A stretch of 63,929 nt of DNA, the filler included, from Octopus bimaculoides (Eukaryota): NCBI RefSeq assembly GCF_001194135.2. It is 7 parts of 6 records of this genome, joined end to end, with 100 filler letters (N's around TTAATTAATTAA, not from the genome) between each part and the next. Parts side by side here need not be neighbours in the genome. Positions count along the whole stretch, not along the records: positions 44,805 to 54,067 come from NC_068986.1; positions 54,168 to 59,116 come from NC_068984.1; positions 59,217 to 62,060 come from NC_068986.1; 4 more parts are not named here. One strand, given 5' to 3'. Positions 49,201-61,789 of the stretch are shown piece by piece. Positions within the stretch are counted from its first letter, which is position 1; every line of letters begins with the position of its first letter. The notes beneath the pieces are model-generated. The model was not told the DNA's origin. It saw nothing but the letters and a program-made list of their open reading frames with translations, and made no database searches. The position numbers were made by a program, and so were the translations under genes.

Positions 49201-50331
49201 TATTAAATGAAAATACACAGCCTTGTGCGTATATGAGTTAAACGGTATCTTTTTAACGACAATGTAAACTTCATATAATCTCAGTATCTTTGGCCTGAAG
49301 AGTAGTATGCAGGCTACTGCATGTTTGGATAATCTGCTAGTTATTAAACATATGTAGCTTGGATTTTGTCTACTCCATTCATTAATTATTTGATGGTTAT
49401 TCGCATGTACAACATATGCTGCTAACCGTGGTGTATAGAATTGAATTTTTTTCACCTTATCGTACTTCAATACGGGAAAAATTCACAACCTTCTGCACCA
49501 ATAAACCATAATGTTCCCGAAAGTAGTTTTTTATATATCTTCTATTGATTGACTGAAGCTCCCTAGCTTACTACACCTTGATCCTTCGACCTTATGTTTA
49601 CACAAACACACACACACACACACCCACACACACACAAACACACACACACACACACACTCAAACACACACGCACGCACGCACACACACACACAGGCACATA
49701 TCTGTATTTTCCTACCTCGTATTTCATAATATCATTATAACACTATATTATATTAAGTATAACATATATTTATCTCTATTGAATTATTTTGTTGAATTAT
49801 GTGATTTAATTTTGCTATACAACAAATAATATATCAGTACATATCATAATGTTTTGATTTAAGTGCATTATTTGTTTCATCTCATTATCGAAAAACAAAA
49901 CCCTCTGTAATACCGATTACATACAAAACTAAGGAATAGTTATATTGCGAAAACCACAGAATAAATCTCAGTTCATAAACTCTTTTATTCACTTAAGGAA
50001 ACCCATCAAGCCTTACATGATTTCAATTTAACGCTAATGTTAAAGATATTTCTAACCATTAATACGTTTCAAGAGGGATAATACGGATAAAAATTGAAAA
50101 ATAATAACAAAGAGACTTATAATAGTAATTTACATAACTACTTACATAGAACAACCTAAAAGCTCAATACCTCATAGTTTATATGAATTTTTTTTGACTA
50201 GGAGATTTTTTCTGAAATATATTAAACTATGTAATAATTGGTAGCAAGTTAAAATTTAACTGTCAGCCTAGATACATCATCATTTGAATTATTATGGTTA
50301 TATCTATACCTATGTCTGTATCACTTTCTCT

Positions 50332-50366
<35 letters not shown>

Positions 50367-50372
50367 CTCTCT

Positions 50373-50407
<35 letters not shown>

Positions 50408-50498
50408 TATACGGAGGAATATGTGCATATATATATGTATATATGTATATATATATATATGTATACGTACAGGTTTATATATTCATATAAATATATAT

Positions 50499-50540
<42 letters not shown>

Positions 50541-50571
50541 TTTATTAAAAAGCAGAAAAATATCACAAAAA

Positions 50572-50609
50572 CTGTTACTCAGAGTCTCACGCTTCCTTTC
50601 GTCGGTCAG
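50572..50609 (-). ncRNA. Heavily decayed hammerhead-like motif
   Basis: Minus strand CTGA-CCGACGA-AAGGAAGCGT-GAGACTC-T-GAGTA-ACAG has hammerhead topology (stem III ACTC/GAGT, GUA site) but several core and stem mismatches. Confidence 0.35.
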
Positions 50610-51664
50610 TTTTGTTCAGAATGGAACATAAATCAGGTCATAAGCATCGATATACAATTAGTTTGATAGATACACATTTGACAATGATTCTGTTTCATTG
50701 CTCCTTTGAACTAACGGTCTTTTCAATAACCGATTGCATGAAATTACAATTGCCTTTAAAATCACATTATTAAAAAAAATCGAAGGAAACCTTGAATCAA
50801 AAATAGCTTATGTAGGAGGGAAAATTACCTGAATACACAGAGTAAATAATTAGTGGTAAAAAATAATTTAAAAAAATTTAATAAATTAAAAGATAAATCC
50901 GTTAAAAAAACCTTCACCCTAAGATACATATAGTTTCAGGGTGGATAAATTAAATACCAGTTATGCACTGGGTCGATGTAATCGACTTAACCCCTTTGTC
51001 TGTCTTTGTTTGTCCCCTCTATGTTTAAACCCCTGTGGGTAATAAAGAACTAAGATAGATAGATAGATAGATAGATTGATAGATAGATAGATAGATAATT
51101 GGTCATCTCGTCTCTGAATGCTCTATGTTAGGCTTAAATGAATGTATTCATAGTCGTGATAGACTTAGTCAGCATTTGCACTGAAACATATGCCATAGAT
51201 TTGGACTCTCATGTGAGAAGAACAGGTAAGTATATAAGACTGCCAAAGTAGTAGAAAATATAGAGAGATAACACAATTCTTGAAAAAAAGTAATAGATCA
51301 CATTGCTTAAATACGTTTGTTAATTGATATGTCAATCCCAGCAGACAGCAATAGTTCTGCAAAAAACATTTCAAAAGTTAAGTAAATACAAGATCATTTA
51401 CACAGAAGTCTCAGAAATGTAGCAAATAAGAACAAAAAACTGTACATGCAATTATTGAAGGTGTGGAGATATTACGAAATAGCGATCTGAAGTACATTGA
51501 CCAACTACTAGTATGCGCAAAATTATAGGAAGTATAGTAATTTGTTTTTGTGTGTACTGTCCACATGCTACACGGAAAATATTCGATTCTATGACATTAT
51601 GCCAGGAAATTCGAGGTCGAGGGAAAGACAATTACATAAACACAAGAGCTTGACTGCTATATAG

Positions 51665-51863
51665 TTCATTATTTACATTATTTATATCTGACGGACATTT
51701 GTCCTCATCTTGTTTGTTCTTAACACAACGTTTCGGCTGATATACCCTCCAGACTTCATCAGGTGTCTTGGGGAAATTTCGAACCCGGGTTCGAACCTGG
51801 GTTCTCATTCCTAAGGTATTTTTCAATGTTGTTGTTATTATTATTATTATNNNNNNNNNNTTG

Positions 51864-51930
<67 letters not shown>

Positions 51931-52066
51931 CCAGGTCAGTGCCTGGAATCGAACTGGAAATCTTGGGGTAGGTAGCCCGCGCTTTTAACCACTACGCCCT
52001 ATGCCCGTGGGCATAGGGCGTAGTGGTAATGCAAATAATATACATAATTCCTCATCTCTTAAATAT
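51665..52066 (-). mobile_element. tRNA-headed SINE carrying a hammerhead motif, copy 2, with inverted head/tail duplication
   Basis: Same order of parts as 33423-33709. Perfect 19-bp-arm palindrome at 51988-52027, followed by the element's own tail sequence on the + strand (52028-52066). Confidence 0.82.
51722..51767 (-). ncRNA. Minimal type I hammerhead ribozyme motif, nearly intact
   Basis: Minus strand GACAC-CTGATGA-A-GTCTG-GAGGGTATAT-CAGCC-GAAAC-GTT-GTGTT: intact core, stem I ACAC/GTGT, stem II with one mismatch, palindromic AACGTT stem III, GUU site. Confidence 0.75.
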
Positions 52067-52067
52067 A

Positions 52068-52190
52068 GTACTGCTATTTAGTTTATCGACACCGAAGGGA
52101 TGAATGTCGAAGTCAACTTCGACGGAATTTGAACCCAGAACGTTAAGGACGGAATGCTGCTGAGCATTTCATCCGGCGCGTTAACGATTT
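52068..52190 (-). mobile_element. SINE family B, decayed
   Basis: TTTATCGACACCGAAGGGATGAATGTCGAAGTCAAC...GAATTTGAACCCAGAACG is the reverse complement of the family body. Confidence 0.7.
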
Positions 52191-52215
52191 AATATTCGTT
52201 TCACATTTTGGCATG

Positions 52216-52542
52216 AGCACCGCCTTTAGTCGAACAAATCGACCCCAGGACTTATTCTCTGTTAGCCTAGTACTTATTCTATCGGTCTTTTTTCCCGAAC
52301 CACTAGGCTACTAGGACGCAAACACACCAGCATCGGTTGTCAAGCGATGTTGGGAAACAAATACACACACAGACATACACGACGGGCTCCTTTCAGTTTC
52401 CGTCTACCAACTCCACTCACAAGCCTTTAATTGGCCTGAGGCTATAGGAGAAGACACTTGCCCAAGTTGCCACGCAGTGGGACTGGACCTGGAACCAAGT
52501 GGTTGGTAGGCAAGCTACTTAACACACAGCCACTCCTACACC
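52216..52542 (-). mobile_element. SINE family A, near full length
   Basis: Reverse-complement match to 35393-35750. Confidence 0.9.
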
Positions 52543-53064
52543 TATTACAAAATTAACAGAACCTTATTTCTCAGAGTCTGAGCTTCTTTGTCTACATTAT
52601 ATCGTTGCTAATCATAAGCGGCATCTCTTGTAAAGTCCATCTTTGTGCTAATTGGCCTCTTTGGGAGTGTTAAAGCGAAATACCGCAATGCATCTCACCT
52701 GCCGCTCTTCCCATTCTGTGAAAAAAATGAAAAGTAACATGAATGGAAAATTACGAGCTTCATAAAATGAATTAATTAGAAATAATAAATCCATTAAATA
52801 AACCTAGAAAAATAAATAACGTACAAGAAGAATTAATGTGTAGAAATTAGAAAAGAAACCATAACGAAAACAGAGCAATTACGAATGCAAAAGGAAAAGA
52901 ACATAAGCAGCCGCAGCAGAAGCAGCAGCAGTAGTAGTAGTAGTAGTAGTAGCAGTAGCTGTTGTTGTTGTTGTTGTAATGCTGTTGGTTTATGTGGTGG
53001 TATTGTTGGTATTGTTTGTAACAGAAATTTAATAAGAAAGAAGAAGAAAAGGTAGTTGCAGAAC

Positions 53065-53189
53065 GAGAAGAAGAAGAAGAAGAAGAAGAAGAAGAAGAAG
53101 AAGAAGAAGAAGAAGAAGAAGAAGAAGAAGAAGAAGAAGAAGAAGAAGAAGAGGAGGAGGAGGAGGAATAATAATAATAATAATAATAA

Positions 53190-53220
<31 letters not shown>

Positions 53221-53225
53221 AAGAC
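53065..53225. repeat. Compound (AAG)n/(GAG)n/(AAT)n microsatellite
   Basis: Directly visible. It is the source of the poly-Lys ORF 53056-53256. Confidence 0.95.
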
Positions 53226-54181
53226 GGTTAATAGTAGAAAGAGAAGTAGAATATGATGTAGAAAGGAGAAAATTAAAAAGTTGAAAAAGAAGAAAACGAA
53301 TAAATGGAAGGAAAGAAAAAAAATGGAAGAAAAATAAATCGAAGATGCAGAAAAATATCAGAGATGAAGAAGAAAAGGAAGGAAACAGTAGAAAAACGAA
53401 AAAAAAAAAGGAAATGAAAGAATAAAAAAAGAATAAAATGAAGTAAAAGAAGAAGAAGAAGAAGAAGAAGAGGATAACAGAGAGAGCGTGACTCGAAACG
53501 GAAACACAGCAACAACGTTTAAAAGACTAGGACATACAGCGCACAAATGTAAGTAAGCTTATACCAACCCACGCACCTTAAAATGACACAAACAAAAAGA
53601 TAAAAATATAGGAAATACCCAACCAGATTCTTCTGGGAAAAAAAAATACGGGGGGGAAGAAGCAGAGAGGAATAGTTGGAAACGAAAACGAAAACGCAAA
53701 AATGTAAAGATACAGAAGCAAATGTCGACAAAAACAACATCACGAGGAAAAAAGAAAAACGTATCTCAACAAGAATTATTCAGAAGAAAAAAAATAAATG
53801 GAAGAAGCCTCCACATATACACACCTCAGAAATACAATTCTTCTCAAATTCCAAATGAAATTATTAATATAAAAAAAATAGAAGCAGTTGAAAGGAACTG
53901 TAGAAAATATGATGTAAATTAAAGAGTAACAAAAGAAAAGTAAAGCTGAAAGAATGCACCAATTTGTACGTATGAGATTTACGCGCACATATGCACTAGT
54001 GTGTGTGAGAGAGACTGCGTGTGTTTACATATGTATCAATATATATATATATATACGCATGTACATANNNNNNNNNNNNNNNNNNNNNNNNNNNNNNNNN
54101 NNNNNNNNNNNTTAATTAATTAANNNNNNNNNNNNNNNNNNNNNNNNNNNNNNNNNNNNNNNNNNNNATATATATATATAT

Positions 54182-54630
54182 AATGCGAATTTTTCAACTG
54201 AGAATGCAGGATTTTCTTCAAGTAATGCCTCAAGGATCTTATCATCAAACTCAACTGGACGTTCTGTTCGATCTTCATCTTCAATGCTGAAATCTCCACT
54301 TCTGAATTTTGCAAACCATCTTCTGTAATTTCTTTCATGCAAGCATTTTTTCCCATAAACTGACTATATGTTTCGAGTCGCTTCGGCTGCAGAGTTCCCT
54401 TTTTTGTACTCATAAAGCATTATGTGCCTTAAATGCTCTTTGGATACTTCCATGTTAGAAAGGGTTTTAACCAAAGAAATTGTAATTCTAATATTCTGTA
54501 AAATAACATTTAATTAGTGTAAATGTACACAAATGCGTACAAATAATATTATTGCAGATTCTAAAATACTATCAAATTTCATTCAATTTTAAAAAAGTTA
54601 AAATCGGAGAGAACTGATGGGATGACCTGA
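54182..54630 (-). mobile_element. mariner 5' fragment with TIR
   Basis: Peptide ERNYRRWFAKFRSGDFSIEDEDRTERPVEFDDKILEALLEENP. The terminus (reverse complement TA|TCAGGTCATCCCATCAGTTCTCTCCG) ends at 54630. Confidence 0.85.
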
Positions 54631-56038
54631 TATATACATATACATATACATACAGGACGGCCTTGTACACAGTTTCCATCTAACAAGGCATTGCTCGGGC
54701 CGGGGTTATACTAGACAACACTGACAATACTGAAACCGAAACCTCATTGCTGCAAGGTCCTACTGAATTAACAGAAAGATGAAGACCCGCTTCATAAGAA
54801 AATATCAACACGTCTAATCTGAAAATAAAACATGACTCTGCAGCCAGAAGGTGTATAAAATTCACTCCCTTACACATGATAGCTTTGAGCATGAAAACTG
54901 AAGATAAAAAGTTACAAGATTGTAAGATGGCATAGAAGCCAAAAACATAAAAGGAAATGTAGGAAAATGTTCCTGTTAAAACCTATGTGAAACGTATTAC
55001 TAACACTCCTGACATAATGATCCGGGATTGGATACAGAAAGTGTGCCTAGTCGTAGAAATATGTTGCCCAGTAGGCAAAAATATAAGCCAGATCGGGAAC
55101 CACTTAAGGCTGTAGCAGAAGCATGTTCTCTCTTTACTTTTAGCTATCCACATTGTACCTCTTTGCTTTTAGATACCCATTTTGGCCCATCACATGATGG
55201 TCAAGACCATTTAGTTTTATGTGGACTGTCCACCCCTTAACCTCATAGACTATCCATGCGTTTCAAAATCAGCCATTTAAGGTCCTATTTTCCAAACTAA
55301 TTCTGGAGGGAAGTGAGCTTGTTGCGAGCGAGTTTTAATCTTTCACGGGAAAGCTGTTTATACAACTCTGCAGTTTCAGAGAGGAGAAATTTGTAACCAG
55401 AAACTTTGACGCCATGTTTTGCGTTTTATCTAATATTTATCTTAAACGTAAAGAAATGTTTTGAAGCCATGTAATGTCTTTAACAGAGTTCTACATGTTA
55501 TGCCAGTTGATGTATTTCACTTTAGCGTCGGAAATAAATGTTGCTGTGCAGCCATCTTTAACTTGCCTTTGTATTTTCTTAATGATATTCATCCTCACTC
55601 ATTTTAACCAGAAGACATTATATTATCATAGCTTAAACCACATTGCATTCATTTAACCACATCTGCAGATAATAGTCGGGGTCTATTGCTTTAGTTTTGC
55701 ATTTGTATTCATTTGGGCTTTTGATTATATAACTGGCTTGGAAACCAGCCTTGAGAAATGAGACCTTATAAACTAGAAACGATGCGGCTAATTAACACAT
55801 AACGATTGCAAGACACCTATGGAACTAAAAACATGTAAAAAATAATTATGCTTGAATTGCCAAAGGCAGCATATACAATTATTGACTTATAAATATATAC
55901 GAATATACACATATATATACACACAACATCCATATCTACGCATGCAATGAGATGCATGTTGCATACATGCATACGTTTTGTATATATGTATACCTATGTA
56001 TATACATCTCTCTTTCTCTCTCTCTCTCTCTCTCTCAC

Positions 56039-56078
<40 letters not shown>

Positions 56079-56114
56079 AGTATATATAATTATATAAGTA
56101 TATATAATTATATA

Positions 56115-56153
<39 letters not shown>

Positions 56154-56731
56154 NNNNNNNNNNNNNNNNNNNNNNNNNNNNNNNNNNNNNNNNNNNNNNN
56201 NNNNNNNNNNNNNNNNNNNNNNNNNNNNNNNNNNNNNNNNNNNNNNNNNNNNNNNNNNNNNNNNNNNNNNNNNNNATATAAGTACATATAATTATTGTTT
56301 TCTAAACTCCAAATCTGCTATCAAAATGGAATCATGGAAGCAAGTTTAGAGCATTTGATTCCATTAATAAAATTCAAACTTCATAGCAGACATTTTAATT
56401 AACATCCAGGGAATAAGAAACCAAATTCGATAAATGGAAATAACTCTTGCATCTAGCATAAGTACGCAATAGATGTATGTTAATGTATATAGGTGTGGAC
56501 GTGTGAGCGGATGTATGTGTGTGTGCATCTTACAGGAATGACGTATGCGTATATCTTTTTATCTTTCACCGACAGAGAAGTCTTTACACATACACATAGA
56601 TGGGGACATACACGCACTGAAAACACCAATCCACACGCACACACACATATACATACACAAATACACACACATATACATACACAAACACACACACATATAT
56701 GTCTTTATATCCAACCGTAACGTGGATGTTT

Positions 56732-56808
56732 CGTTAGAATGCTAAATACTGCGTTATTACCTCCAGACGACCTCGCAAGGTATTAACGCAGTATTCAGCA
56801 TTCTTACG
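56732..56808. other. Compact hairpin (31-bp stem with 3 mismatches, 15-nt loop)
   Basis: AATGCTAAATACTGCGTTATTACCT (56738-56762) pairs with AGGTATTAACGCAGTATTCAGCATT (56778-56802) at 23/25 positions, and the stem extends 6 bp further out. Confidence 0.8.
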
Positions 56809-56899
56809 TTACGTTGCTTATAAAGATAGTGTTTTGGTATAAATACTACCTGTGTCACAAATAGAGAGAGGAGGAGAAGACCCCCTTCACTGACCATCG

Positions 56900-57208
56900 G
56901 ATTGCACCAAGAAAGTTACCCTCTCAGGCACAAGTCCGGGCAAGGTTGTTTGTGGAAGGTCAGCAGTCACCCATCCTTACCATCCTCACATATCCACACC
57001 ACTGATGTTATCCAATGGAAAGGCAAAGGGGCCGATACAGCTGGGCACCAGTGGCGTCGCGACTCATTTCTACAGCTGAGTGAACTGGAGCAACGTGAAA
57101 TAAAGTGTTTTGCTCAAGAACACAACACGCAGCTCGGGCCGGGAATGGAACTCACAACCTCACGATCGTAAGCTCGACGCTCTAACCACTGAGCCATGCG
57201 CCTTCACT
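56900..57208 (-). mobile_element. tRNA-derived SINE, family C, near full length
   Basis: Reverse-complement head GGCGCATGGCTCAGTGGTTAGAGCG..GAGTTCCATTCCCGG and body CTTTATTTCACGTTGCTCCAGTTCACTCAGCTG. Confidence 0.85.
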
Positions 57209-58464
57209 TCGAGAAANNNNNNNNNNNNNNNNNNNNNNNNNNNNNNNNNNNNNNNNNNNNNNNNNNNNNNNNNNNNNNNNNNNNNNNNNNNNNNNNNNNN
57301 NNNNNNNNNNNNNNNNNNNNNNNNNNNNNNNNNNNNNNNNNNNNNNNNNNNNNNNNNNNNNNNNNNNNNNNNNNNNNNNNNNNNNNNNNNNNNNNNNNNN
57401 NNNNNNNNNNNNNNNNNNNNNNNNNNNNNNNNNNNNNNNNNNNNNNNNNNNNNNNNNNNNNNNNNNNNNNNNNNNNNNNNNNNNNNNNNNNNNNNNNNNN
57501 NNNNNNNNNNNNNNNNNNNNNNNNNNNNNNNNNNNNNNNNNNNNNNNNNNNNNNNNNNNNNNNNNNNNNNNNNNNNNNNNNNNNNNNNNNNNNNNNNNNN
57601 NNNNNNNNNNNNNNNNNNNNNNNNNNNNNNNNNNNNNNNNNNNNNNNNNNTATATATATATATATGCGTACATGTTTACAAACACGCATAGCGATATAAA
57701 TGTGTAGATGCATAAATTACGCGCGTGCCTAAATATATAGGTTAAAACCTAAAGTGTACACTCGATCTTTATTGAACCTAATATATTAACTCACCATGTT
57801 TTTATCTACACAAACGTGCTAGTACACTTTAGAGGAAAATCCGGATATAATCGTTCGTTTGTTGAAGTACTTTAGTCTACGCCCTGATTTAGTTCAATAG
57901 TTTTAAACCAATGAAAACGCTTGCTATCGCTAAATTCTCTGAATGCATGGGTGCGTCTCCAATTGCGTCTCCTTGATGCCTGGTTTAAATGGTAACTGTC
58001 GCTTGCTTGCTTTACTTGAAAGCTAGTCTGCAATAATTGCTTCTTATCGCATAAAATCAACGTATTTCTGGCACTAAAATACGCCATGTCATTTGGTCGC
58101 TCTGTAATTCTCTGCGTTGTATTATAGCAAAACCATCCCCGTTTATTTGAAAGTTTGTTCAGAGTTATGCAGACGCATTAATTATTTGGTAGTATTCCTG
58201 ATTCTTTGGAATTAGCAAATAATCTATTACCAGACTGAAAATATTGTTCATCACCATACTCACTACCCCCTAGCCTTCTATCTTCGTATAGTCGTTCTTC
58301 TTGGTTTCTTTTCCATCTCTCACTTACCCTCTCGTTTCTCTCTCCCCTCCATCTCTGTCGCTCCCTCTCTCTCTGTCTCTCTCTCTCTTTCTTTCTTTCC
58401 TTGTGTGTCTATTTACATGTATGTACGCGATGTATTGAGTGTGTGTGTATTATTGATTACAAAT

Positions 58465-58830
58465 TTTGGCACAAGGCCAGCAATTTAGGGGCAAGTGGGC
58501 AAGTCGATTATATCAACCCGTGTACGCAACTGGTACTTATTTAATCAACTGTGAAAGGATGAAAAAGCAAAGTCGACCTAGACCGATCTTGAATTCAGAA
58601 CGTAAAGACGGACGAAATGCCGCTAAGCATTTTGTCCGGCGCGGCAACGACACTCCGAGCTCGCTGCGTTAGCTTCAGCGGAATACTAGATGTAATCTTT
58701 GCCCGCTAAAGTCGACTTTGCCTATCGTGACTGATATAATAAGTACCAGTTAAATACTAGGGTCGATGTAATCGATTTATATCCCCACCCGAACACGCTG
58801 GACTTGTCCCAAAATTTGAACCCAATACTG
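58465..58830. mobile_element. Head-to-head pair of family B SINEs (58465-58668 minus; ~58705-58830 plus, partial)
   Basis: Both match the family body (AAAGTCGAC, TAAGTACCAGTT, GGTCGATGTAATCGA) in opposite orientations. Confidence 0.75.
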
Positions 58831-59081
58831 AATATAAATTTCAGTTTCGAGCTATTTGGCTCATCGTCAGTTGCGAGTACCTGCACGCCAGAGTCAGTCT
58901 CACGAGCCTGTTAGCTGCTTGAAGACAGTAGGGGTTCGCTACCCGTGCTGACAATATATGTTGTATATAAAGGGTGCAAAGTGTTGCACCGATAACCAGC
59001 GGGCGGAGAATCTGCCTGGTCTTAAACTAGTAGTAACATTCAGCAGCCATTTTGATGTGGTGACTGGTTCTACTGTTTATA

Positions 59082-59116
<35 letters not shown>

Positions 59117-59303
59117 NNNNNNNNNNNNNNNNNNNNNNNNNNNNNNNNNNNNNNNNNNNNTTAATTAATTAANNNNNNNNNNNNNNNNNNNNNNNNNNNN
59201 NNNNNNNNNNNNNNNNGGTTGGAAATCAAGCTTCTTACCACATAGTCATGCCTGCGACTCTCTCTCTCTCTCTCTCTCTGTATATATATATATATATATA
59301 TAT

Positions 59304-59348
<45 letters not shown>

Positions 59349-59500
59349 AGTAAAAATAAATACAAAAAAGGTGGTTTTTTTGTATGATTGTGTATAGAGG
59401 AATATATTATTTTGTTTAAAAGAGTTCCAACACTGTCTGTTTTTTATGTTTTATTTATATTCCTGCAGAACCAATGTGGGGTATAGAATATATATATATA

Positions 59501-60334
59501 CAGGGCATGATGGGTAAATTGTTGCCATTTTACATTTTTAATTTCACGCATCTGCATTGTTTTGTTTTTTTTATTTTGTAGACTACACAGTATAGTAGGG
59601 TCAGTTGGGCACTGTCTGTGAGAAAAACAACACCATGACACAGTTCACTCTGCCAGAAATTTGGAAACAATATACTGTACTACTTGGCATTTGCACCTGA
59701 AGCTCCAATACAAACCTTTCAGATAAAAATCAAACATCCAGTCAACATCATGGTGTTTGGAGTGATCACTAGTGTCAGTAATGTTATGCCTCCATTCATC
59801 TTCCCACACAGTTTCAGACTCAACATGGAGGCCTATATCAAATGCCTGGAAGAGGTAGTGCTGCCCTGGGTCAAGAGAGTTGCTGGAAGATCCTATATCT
59901 GGCAACAGGATGCTGCACCATGCCACACAAGCAGAAGAACCCAGTCATGGCTGTCAGACAATTTCTGCGACCACATCACCACTAACATCTGGCCATCTAA
60001 CTCTTCAGACTGCAACCCCCTTGATTATTATGTGTGGGGTTTAGTTGAGTGAGAGACCAACTAAACTCTTTGTAACAATAAAGATGAACTAAAGGCAAGG
60101 CTTAGGGCAGCATTCAACAACTTAAACAAGGGGACCATCTAAAAGAGTTGCAAAAGATTCCAAAGTTGTCTTGAGGCTGAGGTTGAAGCCAATGGCAAGT
60201 TTATTGAATAAATCTACTCTTTAATATTTTAAGATATTTTTATGTAGTTTTGGTAAATATATCTGTTAAAATGTGATGTCAGTGTTATTTTTATTTTTCC
60301 ATGATTTAGACAACAGTTTATTCACAGCACCCTG
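59501..60334 (+). mobile_element. maT-family (DD37D) Tc1/mariner internal-deletion derivative with both ends
   Basis: TA|CAGGG...CCCTG|TA with degenerate TIRs. ORF 59684-60052 has WQQD followed by exactly 37 residues and then the D of NPLDYYVW. Confidence 0.9.
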
Positions 60335-60358
60335 TATGTATATGTGTGTATATATATA

Positions 60359-60415
<57 letters not shown>

Positions 60416-61744
60416 TATATATACACCCACATTCCTGCACACACACACATGTACAATCACACACACACACACATTTTTATTTCTTAATTGTCTTCCACTT
60501 TTGAAAAGTTGCATCATAAGCATTTTTATGATGTTTGAATTAAGAATTTGAAGGTCATAATATGAAGTAATATTATTGTCTTGCTTCTAATGTTATATTT
60601 TCTGATATTACATTTATACCACTTTTTCCCAAAAGTATGATCAGGAATTCCAAAGTTATTGAAATATGGTAGGTGTTTATGATATATTCCAATATTTGTT
60701 TTTAATTTACATTCATTTATTTATTTTACTTCTCAAGTCCATATTTTCTTAAATTACATTTATGTTATATTTACTCAAAGAATGATCAGGAATTCCAAGG
60801 CCACAAAGTTATATGCCAGCAAAGTGTAGTTGAAATTCTATCAACAATGGTCACATCATATATCTTATTACTACTCAGAAATTTAAATGGTAACTAAGTA
60901 TATCAACAAAGGATAAGGAATGTTTTTCAAAACTTGTTTCTTTTACTTTATTTTACTTTCATTTTTTTAGTTCTCATTTTTCTTTTATTTACATGTTACA
61001 ACTATTTTTTTAACCACACCTAATGCAAAAAGTATGCAGTGCTCAGTCATCAACATTAGCTATAGTTATAGATATGGTAACAGAAAATACTTATGTGGTC
61101 TAGCATTTGTAATGACTTTTAGAATTTCAGTTGAGTTGTGTTCAAGACAAAAGAGAATGTGAAATACAAGATTGATATGAGCAATGTTTGTTTCATTGTG
61201 TTGTTGAAGAAGACACAAGATTGCTATGTCTGGAGAATGTTTTTGAAGTCTCTGTTCAAGGAAGCAGTGCACATCCATGTGGATGGTACGTGGAGGAAGG
61301 TTAAAGAAGAGTGAAAAATTGGATTGTCTGCATAGAAATAACCATTGTTGGAAGAGTCAGTATTGTTAGTTGGTCATTAATGAAGAAGACACTGTAGACC
61401 AAAGTGAATCCCATCTATGTATGTTGTGATGGTATTATTTGATGTTAAGCTTCCATTCCAAAAAGTGAGGGACAGATGAGGCCTTACAGACTGTTTAGCC
61501 AAGAGATTGTCGTACCAGACACAAAGACTTTCTTTGTGTCAAGAATGGCATTGCAGTCATCAAACTTTTCAAGAGTAAGTGAGTGAGTAGGTCACCTCAT
61601 ATGTGATGAGGAAAAAACATTAATGAATTTTTAAAATCTTTTATTTGTTTTAGTCATTGAACTTTGACCATACTTGGGCACCACCGCAGATGGTTTAGTC
61701 AATCAAATCAACCCCAGTCCTCAAGCAGTGGGAGACAAAGAAAA

Positions 61745-61789
<45 letters not shown>

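Noticed and set aside
51930-52006. tRNA-like sequences at SINE heads (also 57140-57208 and 35393-35460)
   Set aside because: A and B boxes are present but there is no complete cloverleaf or acceptor stem, and they are fused to repeat bodies. They are SINE heads, not tRNA genes.
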